NCBI GenBank assembly: GCA_951406725.2
Contig: OX597827.1
Location: 57,846,001 to 57,910,000, forward strand
Reading direction: 5' to 3'
DNA: 64,000 nt
Source of the DNA: Octopus vulgaris
Taxonomy: Eukaryota
Below are positions 12,134-23,359 of this stretch, in pieces. The position numbers and the translations under genes were made by a program. The notes beneath the pieces were generated by a model, which worked only from the letters and a program-made list of their open reading frames with translations, searched no databases and had not been told where the DNA came from. Position 1 is the stretch's first letter; every line of letters begins with the position of its first letter.

Positions 12134-12513
12134 ACTTGTTTCAGTCATACTGGAGCACCGCCTTTAGTCGAGCAAATCGACCCCGGGACTTATTCTTTGT
12201 AAGCCCATTACTTATTCTATCGGTCTCTTTTGCCGAACTGCTAAATGTGATGGGGACGTAAACACACCAGCATCGGTTGTCAAGCAATGCTAGGGGGAAA
12301 AACACAGACACACAAACATATACACACACACTTATATATACATATACATATATATGACAGGCTTCTTTCAGTTTCCGTCTACCAAATCCACTCACAAGGC
12401 ATTGGTCGGCCCGGGGCTATAGCGGAAGATACTTGCCCAAGATGCCACGCAGTGGGACTGAACCCGGAACCATGTGGTTGGTTAGCAAGCTACTTACCAC
12501 ACAGTCACTCCTG
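12134..12513 (-). mobile_element. SINE family A copy
   Basis: Colinear with 9398-9799. Confidence 0.85.
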
Positions 12514-12517
12514 CTGT

Positions 12518-12935
12518 TTAATCCTTTCGTTTCTGTATTTATTTTGAGATGCTCTGTGTTTCTTTCAATTATTTTAAGTATAACAAAGTATTTAGTAAAA
12601 TAACTTAGTTATAATTAAGCTAGTGTTAGGAACAAAAATTGTGACTAAAGGTTTGGTGGAAGATTTTAATTCAGAACTTTTGAAAACAAGACATTTGTAC
12701 TACAGAGCCAGAGCCGGTTTCAGCCGGGTTGGTAACAAAAGGGTTAAGAAAATAAATGCCATTTTCAAAATGACTCTGTTTAACCCTTTCTTTACCATCC
12801 CGGCTGAAACTGGCTCTGGCTTTGAGTACAAATGTCTTGCTTTCATAGGTTTTGAATTAAAATCTTCCACTAAACTTTAGTCAAAATTTATGTTCCTAAC
12901 ACTAGCTGAATGATAACTAAGTTATTTTACTATAT
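12518..12935. mobile_element. Two inverted piggyBac-type family 2 MITEs (12518-12746; 12780-12935)
   Basis: ...AAAAGGG|TTAA and TTAA|CCCTTT ends face each other across ~33 bp; the bodies are reverse-complementary. Confidence 0.8.
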
Positions 12936-12946
12936 ATTTATAATCC

Positions 12947-13356
12947 ACAGGAGTGGCTGTGTGGTAAGTAGCTTGCTTACCAACCACATGGTTCCAGGTT
13001 CAGTCCCACTGCGTGGCACTTTGGGCAAGTGTCTTCTACTATAGCCTTAGTTCAACCAAAGCCTTGTGAGTGGATTTGGTAGATAGAAACTGAAAGAAGC
13101 CCATCATATATATATGTATATATATCTATCTGTATGTGTGTGTGTGTATATGTTTGTGTGTCTGTGTTTGTCCTCCAACATTGCTTGACAACTGACGCTG
13201 GTGTGTTTACCTCACCGTAACTTAGCGGTTTGGCAAAAGAGACTGATAGAATAAGTACTAGGCTTACAAAGAATAAGTCCTGGGGTTGATTTGCTCGACT
13301 AAAGGCAGTGCTCCAGCATGGCCACAGTCAAATGACTGAAACAAGTAAAAGAGTAA
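12947..13356 (+). mobile_element. SINE family A copy
   Basis: Reverse complement of 12134-12513. Confidence 0.85.
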
Positions 13357-15102
13357 GGGTTTTAATTTACATAATTTTAAACAGGAAGTTTTTATTACAA
13401 AATAAGGAGTAATTTTAGGTGGGTTGTGATCAAAAGAGTTAAACTGATTTTCATGTGATATATACCTAAGACAGTGAATTGACAGAGTTGATATAGCATC
13501 AGATTAAAATACCTATGTGGTATTTGTTCTGACTCTATTACAATCTGAGATCAAATCCGACTGAGGTCAACTTTGCCTTTCATCTTTCCAGGGTTAATAA
13601 AAATATATTAATTCAGGGTGATGGACTGGCAGATCTTTAAGAATGTTGGGCCAAATGCCTTGCAGTATTCGTTCCAGCTAATCTGTGTTCTGAGGCAAAT
13701 TCTGCCAAGATGTCTAAAAAGCACCCTAACCAATCTGAAGGTCAAGCAGGGTAAGTCAAATTTTGGAAACAAAAAAATACCATCATATAAATAAGTGTTG
13801 AGTAGAGCTGAGAGAAGGATTCCTCAAGCGAGTGTCATGAATGGATGAATGAATGAGTGAATGAATGAATGAATGAATGAAGGAAGGGAATATGCTATTT
13901 TGGGTATGCTACTTGAAGGAAAGGCAATATTGACAACATTTCTGTGTTCTCATGGAGAATAAAACTATCTGACTAGGCTAACTGCAGTGAGACAATATGT
14001 TAGCAGACAGGCATATCATAGAATGTTTCCAGTTTAGTATAATTGATGCTGGGTGGATGAGTGAAAGTGTAGTGTTTAAGAGATGAAAGAGGTGTCATAT
14101 AATCAGTAGTTGAGTCCCTGAGGGGGGGGTTACAGTTTAACATTTTAGCAGAAGAGTAAAGTTTATGAATGAGAGATTTTATTGATAGAGGGAGATACGA
14201 GGAGAGTGAAAAATGGAAAGACAAAAACAGAAAGAAAATAATAATAATGAAAAAAAAAAACAAATAGAAAAGTATCTCTTAAAATAAAAAGCATGACTAT
14301 AAAGCTTCATTTTCCGTTACTCTAAATTTAAAAAAAAAAAATAAATTCATGAAAGATCAATTTTTTTTTTTTTTGTCACAGGCAACAACCAGCTTAGTTT
14401 CCACGAGATATTTCAAGTTGCCAAGAAACAAAATGTTATTAATTAAATGGGAAACTAAAATAAAGCGTAATTGAAATTTCAAATTTCTCCAGTCAATGAT
14501 GCTGCCTGGTTATCTCAAAGGAAAGAAAAATTAATGAAATGGTAGGTTTTTAATTTTAGAGATGCATGTGTGCATGTAGCATGCAAGTGCATGTGCTTGC
14601 TTGCGTGTGTATGAGTGAGTGTGTGTTTGTGTGTTCGGGTGCTCTCCAGCGGGTTTGATCCTAATTATACTTTAATGAACAGACATGGTAAAATATTTTT
14701 AGCATGCATAATGCCAGTTTTTATTTCCTTCTTTCTTTGTATTGACCTCGATCTATTTTTTGTTCACCCCACGAAAACTAAATTTGCAGGCGAGCTAAAT
14801 GAGACGGCTTGTGTTCAGTCAGAATAATAATTTCGATACTGTTCAAACAACAGGAGGCAGCTTGCTCACAGAACTGCATTCATACTCATTTGGTGTTCTT
14901 CTACCTGCATCATTCCATTAGAACTCGTCATTGAGAGACACCCAATTAGTATTTATTGAAGAGTGGCGAAGAACAACTTTTCAGATGTATTAGAGTCCAC
15001 GATGAAGTTGTTAGCTGTTGTCACACAAGTAGTTTTGTAAAAGAAAAAAAAAACAAATAAATGAAAAGTTTAAAAATTATTTTAGAACATATACACAATT
15101 TC

Positions 15103-15103
<1 letters not shown>

Positions 15104-15179
<76 letters not shown>

Positions 15180-15215
15180 CATCATCATTATTATGCATAT
15201 ATATATATATATATA
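15104..15215. repeat. (ATT)n and (TA)n microsatellite
   Basis: Direct reading. Confidence 0.95.
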
Positions 15216-16658
15216 TGTCTCTGCATGCACACACATTTGATATTGCTGTGTACACATATCTATCTATCTACACACACACACATACACACACGCACAAACA
15301 CAGACACATACAGATACACAGACACACACACACTCACACACACATAAAGCATATTACTCTACCTCCTGTATTCAAGTACTATTTTTCCCAGCCTTGTTTT
15401 GCATTTATGTGCTTACTTGTGAGTGCATACACACATACATACACGCACACATGCACACACGCACACACATACACACACATGCACACATTAATAAATGTAT
15501 ATATTGTTTTATGAGCAAGATCCAGTGTTCAGATACTTTTAAATATCATTAAGTTATTCAGAGGAGAAAAGAAGAATGCCAAGTATAAAGATACACAAAA
15601 CAGAGCAACAGAATAGAACAGAAGAGAGAAGGAAGAGAGAAAAGACAAAAAATGATTGGAAAAGTAATTTAGCATAACAAAAAAGAAAAAAAAAAGAAAC
15701 ATAAAGTACTACTAGTTTTAGTGTGTGAAGTGTAGTAGTAAATTTCAGCAGACAGGTCTTCTAGTATCTGTTCTAAGGTCTTCTAGAATTTTCCATAAAA
15801 TAATTTTGCAATATAATTTTAGACAACCAGCCTGTTTTCCATTTTTATCTTTTTTATCATTTTTTTTTTTTACAAACCCCTGTATTTTCCACAGGTGTTT
15901 CTTTCCTTCTTTCCACCCACCACCTTTTTACTCTGACATCATCTATCTATCCCTAGCTCTTAGCTGAAAGTCAGGCTTCCTAGCTGGAATTTAACACACA
16001 GCTGTCTTTCAAATCCAAAATATGTCAGTAGCCAATATCGAACAACTATGATTTCTAAAACTATTGATCGATTCCAGCATACTTGTAACAAACGCAGAGT
16101 GAGACAGATTAAGTAAGAGAGCCTTCCCACACATTCCCAGGTCAGCCACCTATTTCAGCTATTTATTTATTATGAATTTTATTACTAAGCTAGATGGGGT
16201 GGAAAGGCTGTATGCAGACAGACACTTGGTGAATAACAAACAAATTTATCACTGAATTGGGGAACACACAGGAGTTGCTGTTCAAATCACTAACAGTCTA
16301 CCCTAGCTAGACACCTTAAACAGTTTCAAGTCCAGTGTGCCTCACAGCAGCACTATGTTCAAATCTTTCTGGACTCTACAAAAATGTCTTATCATCAAAT
16401 ATTGGTAAACTCACAAAGCATTCAATTCTATGGGTGTAGTGGATAAAGACACTGGTTAAAGCAGTGCAGTCAGCTAGAGGTTCTGATTTCAATCTCAGAC
16501 AAGACATCAAGGTAATTCACAAAAAAAAAAAAAAATCAACTGAAGCAAATAATGTCACAAAATGCAGAGAGTCAAATGAGAACAGCATACCCCTGTGGAT
16601 CAAACAAAAGGTTGGGTCTGAAATTCCAATACAACAACCAAGTTCAACACAAGAAACC

Positions 16659-17453
16659 TGTAACGGTAAAATTTTTGGTTCTTAGGAAGGCTGCAATTCT
16701 CTCGTTCAGGGTCACCAGTTGTAGCAGTAAATATGATTTATAAACAATATTATTGGTCGGTTGTCAGCAGATGTAACGATAAAAATTTGTTGTTAGGACA
16801 GCAAGTTGTAAGATGTGAAAGATGAACAATGCATGAAGTTTTAAGGAAATATTTATTTACCGTTACGTTACAATACCTTGCCTCGACTTGCAGGTTATGA
16901 TAAATCCAAAAGCATGTGAAATGAAGTTTGTGCTTGTGTCCTCTTCATTGTTTAGTAGTAAATACAGAGAGAGATAGAATGATGTTGTAAGAGAACAGAA
17001 TTAGAGCTAGAGAGAATTGTAGGGTGTTGTCTCACAGTTGCTTTCTCCCTCTGACCAAGGTTCCAGCTGGTCAGTCAGACTTCGTTGTCATTGAGTCTTC
17101 ACCAACTGTGACTAACTCATTTTTGCTTGGGGTATGCTTGCTTTTATAACTATTTAGAAGGATAAATATATCATTGAGAACGATAGACTTAGTTGGTGGT
17201 CTTGTTATCTCTATTCTAGCTTTTGGTGAAGTAAAAGAGGTTAGAAAGGGTCAAGTGGTGAAGACATTATTTCAGCCTAGCTAATGGCATCTGGAAAATG
17301 TAAAACTGCTGTCAGAGAAAAACCATTGTTCCATCCTGGGAAAAGTTCTGTTGCAGTGTTGATTTAAATTTGGCTATGGTGGATCGAATCTAAATGCGGA
17401 TTATACCCGAGGATTTATGGTACACAACTTCAATTCCCGAAATGTTTCCTACA
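16659..17453 (-). mobile_element. Candidate solo LTR (~795 bp)
   Basis: TGTA...TACA ends, with minus-strand TATAAAA at ~17148-17142 and AATAAA at ~16857-16852. No clean TSD found. Confidence 0.45.
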
Positions 17454-18281
17454 CCCTACCACTGCTACCTTGAGCATCGAGTCACTTCCACTCTGCCCAT
17501 CTCCCTCTATTTTCTCTCATACCTTAGTATTCTCCTTCTGTCACTGAATTAGACATTTTCCCTCCTTCAAATAATTGCCATCCCTTTTCTCACTATCTCA
17601 ACTTCCAATAATTCTATAGCTACTACCCCCAAACTTTGATAATTATACACAAACCCAGCAACTGACCACCCTTCAATTACTATCGATCTCACCCTTCCTA
17701 GTCATCTCCCAGCTTCTCCACCTCCCTTAGTACCCTCATTATTAACATCTCTCCCTCTTCCTGAACTAATTCTCTTATCACTTCTCACAATTCCCTGTCT
17801 TAACACTCCCCATAACTTCACTGACCTTCCTTCTTCTCTCTATTAACTCTCCACATTTAATCATTCCACCTTTGAACTTTTCTGCATTATGATCTGAAAT
17901 ATAACATCTTTTCTGCCTTGATGACGCAAGCCTGATTTATCCAAAGTCGATTGCTTCCATCACAGCTGCATATTGTGATGTACTACATCTGCCAACATTA
18001 TGATGGATCTCCGAGCCCAAGAGTCAGCTGTTGGGCCTATAACACCCTTCTTCCTTCCCTTTAATTTTCTCTGTCATTTGTATTCTGTGTTAAGTTGGAT
18101 CTATTAATATAAATATCTATATATTTATACTTAAACATTCATCGTCTGAAAGTCTTCTCTTGTTTTGCATGTATACAATATGTACTTATTTTGTATTTCA
18201 TATCCTAACTGTTATATTTAATGTATCTAATTCACTTATCTGTATAATTGCCTCTCTCTCTCTCTCTTTCTCTCTCTACAT

Positions 18282-18343
<62 letters not shown>

Positions 18344-20861
18344 ATTATATATATTTATATAAATAAGGATAAGATCGTTATTTAAATATCGAACTTATCA
18401 AGTGGCCTGCATGGGAATAAAAACCTTCAACGGTAATAATTATTATTAAAATTATAATTTAGGGTATCTAAGAGATACCATCATGCTTGAAATAGCAGCC
18501 AAAACATAACTCTAAAACCACCTTAAATTTTCATACAGCACCAGGAGAGAAGACAAAAAGACAAAATAAACTAGTAAATAATTACTGAATAATTCCAGAT
18601 CCCAGATTTCTGGCTCTGCATAAGAAATGCTTTGCCTCTTCAGTAGAATATACACAGTACATAAATACAAATCTATATATATATAACATACGAATACTTA
18701 CATATATGAACGTATACATACACATATATGCATGTATGCACCCAACCATTAAATAATCACCATCATTTAACGTCCACTTTTCCATGATTGCATGGGTTGG
18801 AAGGAATTTATTGAGGCAGATTTTCTACAGCTGGAAAACACTCAACTGTTTCCAAGCAATTTTCTGATAGCTTGACATGTTTTTCACAAAAGACTGGAAA
18901 TGCACAACTTTGTATGATAGTAAAGCTAGTTTACAACCATCATGTGATGAATAGACAAAGGTACACAAGCACAAACACACATACACATCCATATACATAC
19001 ATATATAAATAAATAAATAAATGCACCCTTTTAAAGCCTAGCCAGGCTCATGGGCTCAGTTTCCCGGTTTCTATGGTGTATGTGTTCCCCAGCTGGACAG
19101 GACACCAGTCCATCGCAGCGTTACTCATTTTTGCCAGCTGAGTGGACTGGAGCAACATGAAATGAAGTATTTTGCTCAACAACACAACGCGTCGCCCGGT
19201 CCAGGAATTGAAACCACAATCTTGCGATCATGATGCTGACATGCCTCCAAACATACATATATATATGTGCAGAAGGTGCAAGGCTCAATGGTTAGTGTTG
19301 GGCTCACAATCATGAGGTAGTGAGTTCAATTCCCAGGCTTGGCTATGTATTGTGCTCTTGAAAAAGACACTTTATTTCAGATTGCTCCAGTTCCCTGAGC
19401 TGTAGAAATGAATTGCATCACTGATGCCAAGCTGTATCAGCCTTTGCCTTTCCCTTAGATAACATCAGTGGTGTGGAGAGGGGAGACTGGTATGCATGGG
19501 TGACTACTGGTCTTCTATAAACAACCTTGCCTGGACTTGTGCCTTGGTGGGTAACTTTCTAGCTGCAAACCCATGGTCATTCATGACCGAAACGAATCTT
19601 TATATATAGATGACCAATTTCTTTCACTTTCCACTCACCTGGCTTTGGTTAGCCTAAAACTATATTAAAAGACATTTGTTCAAAGTGCTGCCAAGTGGGA
19701 CTGGATCCATGACTACATGTAAGTAAAAAATAAGCAAATGTTCATCACAGTATAAAAGGATGGAACAATACACCATTTGTTTGACAAACTGATTTATTTG
19801 TTTCTACTCTAGGCACAAGGTCCAAAATTTTGGGGGAGGGGGCCAGTCGATTGGATCGTCGCCAGTACACAACTGTTACTTAATTTATCAACCCTAAAAG
19901 GACCTCGGCGGAATTTGAACCCTGAATGTAAAGACAGACAAAATACCGCTAAGTATATTGCCCGGCGTGCTAATGTTTCTGTCAGCTCACCACCTTAGAC
20001 AAACTGATTTTATTAGCAGTCCTATGTTGATAAACACATCCACTCACTGAATTGACTGGAATTTCAGGTTTCATTTCATTGGTGTGTTCAGACAGACTGA
20101 CTGAACAAGCTGATAAGGCAAAGAATTGAAGTCTCAGTCAATTCAAAATAAATTTTACTCTAATAACTGTATTGGGTCTCACCTTCAGTAAATGCTTTGT
20201 TGCTTTCTACAAATTGATCAACAAAAGGTGCAGGCATGGCTGCATGGTAAGATGCTTGTTTCCCAACCACATAGTTCCAGGTTCAGTCCCACTGCATAGC
20301 ACCTTGGGAAAGTGTCTTCTACTATAACCTTGGGCCAACCAAATCCTCTGGATTTGGTAGGCAGAAACTGAAGGAAAACCATTGAAAAAAAAAAATTTTT
20401 TTTTTATCAAATCTTCTGCGAGTTAACATCGGATCCCTTCACAACAATGTAACCTTCATTTGACTAAGGTATCTTTGGCCTGATGAGTAGCAAGTGGAGT
20501 ACCCCTCGCTTGGATAATTACTACTTCCGAGGTTCTGCTAGCTAGGAAACATATTTAGACTGGAGTTTTATCTACTCCACTCCCTAAATATAAGGACACA
20601 GATCGTGTCGTATAGTCAGCTGGAGAGGATGTCTCCTGGGGCTAAATTACAGCAACAGTCCTAAACCAGGACTGTCATGTTATGTTGGCAAACAATCTTT
20701 ACAACAAAGTACTGTTGCTGAATATGTTACGTGAGATTTAAAAATAATTTAAAATTTCTAATCCACTCCCTAAATTTGGATTTTCATTTACATACACAGC
20801 AACCACTGTTAGTAACAGCGAATTATAAAATAACTTTTTTTAACTTATCGCACTCTGATAC

Positions 20862-21278
20862 TCTTACTCTCTTTTACTCTTTTACTTGTTTTAATCATTT
20901 GACTGTGGCCATGCTGGAGCACCACCTTTAGTCGAGCAAGTCAACCCCAAGACTTATTCTTTGTAAGCCTAGTACTTATTTTATCAGTATCTTTTACCAA
21001 ACTGCTAAGTAATGGTGAGGTAAACACACCAGCATCAGTTGTCAAGCGATGTTGGAGGGACAAACACAGACACACAAACATATACACACACACATACAGA
21101 TATATATACATATATACGAAAGCTTCTTTCAGTTTTCAGCTACCAAATCCACTCACAAGGCTTTGGTCGGCCCGAGGCTATAGTAGAAGACACTTACTTG
21201 CCCAAGGTGCCATGCAGTGGGACTGAACCCAGAACCATGTAGTTGGTAAGCGAGCTACTTACCACACAGCCACTCCTA
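20862..21278 (-). mobile_element. SINE family A copy
   Basis: Colinear with 9398-9799. Confidence 0.85.
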
Positions 21279-22089
21279 CGTCTATATGGGAAAAATTTGC
21301 AATCTTCTACGTCAATAAGCTTATCTTAACATATGTCTGTGCATGTTTGTGTGTGTGTTTATCCCCCCACTTGACAACCAGTGTTGGTGTTTACATCTCA
21401 GTTACTTAGCAGTTCGACAAAAGAGACCAACAGAATAAGTAACAAGCTTCAACTAGTAAGTACTGGGGTCAATTCATTTAACTAAAAATTCTTCAGGGCA
21501 GTGCCCCAGTCATAGACTGAAGCAAGTAAAAGATAGAAGATAATACCAATACACACACACAGATATGACGGATACAGAGCAACCAGCTCACTGGGAAGCA
21601 AACACTGAAGACAGTTTTCTCAGGAATGATAGAAAATACAGTGAGTTGATTGAACTCTGGGAAAACAATGGGTGGGAAGCAGAGATAGGGTGATAAAGGA
21701 TTTGTTGGGATGAGGGTTCATTTGATGCTCATGAGTCATGGACTAGTTGCCAAGGAGAGAAAAGTTGTGTTGCCAGAAAACTGTTGAAAGTCATTGCATC
21801 TGACTTGAGAGAGAGGGCTGGTGCTGTAGCAAGAATGTGCATTGAGAATGGTAGAAACATCTGGCCCAGACTTGCAACATCTGACTCATCAAAGCTCATA
21901 CTGTTGTGCAGGAGGCTTGTTGCATATACTAGTGGATGGCCCTGGGCAACTTTGGTTTTGTAGTAGAAGAGAAAGAAACAGCTACTGAATTACTTCATCC
22001 TAAGATATTGACTCCTGCATTTGAAGACCAACTACAGCAGTACTGTCAGCATACAAGTATTTATCCAAAAGTATGTATATATATATATA

Positions 22090-22344
22090 TTTCGTTTTTG
22101 GATTTGGTTTGCAAGATTCTTTACGTGAGTTCGTGTGTTGCAGTATATTCTGTTGTCTGGGGAGAGTTATTTTCTTTTTGTGCCTTATAATTTAACACAC
22201 TCACTGGTAAAATTTCCACTTATTCCTTATTTTTATTTTCCTAAAATTTTTGATTGCGTCTTGCAACCTTTTCAATAATCAAGACTATTGAAAAGGTTGC
22301 AAGATGCAATGAAAATTTTAGGAAAATACAAATAAGAAATAAGT
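22090..22344. mobile_element. (TA)n-flanked element ending in a ~60-bp-arm palindrome with inverted hammerhead-like cores; probably Penelope-like inverted terminal repeats
   Basis: Arms 22218-22277 and 22286-22344 are near-perfect reverse complements around an 8-nt loop. The plus arm reads CTA-TTGAAAA-G-GTTGC-AAGAT-GCAAT-GAA-AATT-T-TAG. Confidence 0.6.
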
Positions 22345-23359
22345 ATATATATATATATTGTTGTCTCAGAATTGTGAGTGAAAGTGAACAGATGGAAACT
22401 GTGCAGAAGCTCATTTGGTGGATTGTACTTGTAATTCAAATGTCATACATAGTGTCATGCTCACCCATTTACCTGTTACCTCTATGAGCAAGTAATTTAG
22501 TTGATCAAACAACTGGATCTGCATTACAGAGCGACAGAGAAACATCTCTTTCTTTCTTGCTCCACACATATACACACCTGTTTGGTTTTATATTTCACAG
22601 TCTTCCATCTGATGAAATGATCTGCAATTGATTTGGCTGATCATCAATATGTAAATAGTGAAACATCTGACATTTCAATAACTTGTTTCAACTATATGTT
22701 ATAGCTTAAGCCTGTATTGATGATACTTTGCAGACTACATTATATAAGAATGGGAATTTGATTTAGATAAAAATTGAGCCCACATTTCTACAATTGTCTT
22801 GCATTTAGCACATCAATAAGTGTGTGTGTACGTACATAAAAAACACTCAGTACACTTAGTGGAATGGTTGGCATTAGGAAGGGCTTCCAGCCATAGAAAC
22901 CATGCAAAAGCAGACCTAGAGCCTGGTGCAGCTCTCTGGCTCACCTGTTCCAGTCAAAACATCGAACCCATGCCATTCAAGGTGGTGTCCCAGCATGGCC
23001 ACAGTCTAATGATTGAAGCAAGTAAACGATAAATATAAATATGTGTATGTGGTAGACAATTTCTGCTTACTAAACATTATTTGCAACTATAGGCTATAAC
23101 AGAAAACACTTACCTGACATGTGGTGCGATGGTATTGAAACCAGAAATCAAATTTCCTAACCACATAGCTATGTCTGCACCTTTTGTTTATAAGGTAATT
23201 ACAGCTCCTTAGCAGTGGTGGGGAAATTTTCAATGTCTTAATATTTTTCAGTAACGTCTTGATAATATTTATACAACAAAGTTTAAAAAAAAAAAAAGAA
23301 AATAACATTTTGATGACAAACAAAGATATTTCAAAATTTAAAAAAACAACAATAAAAAA

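Noticed and set aside
20480-20530. CTGATGA-GTAG...CTAC as a hammerhead
   Set aside because: The helix is followed by TTCC rather than GAAA, so the core is incomplete.
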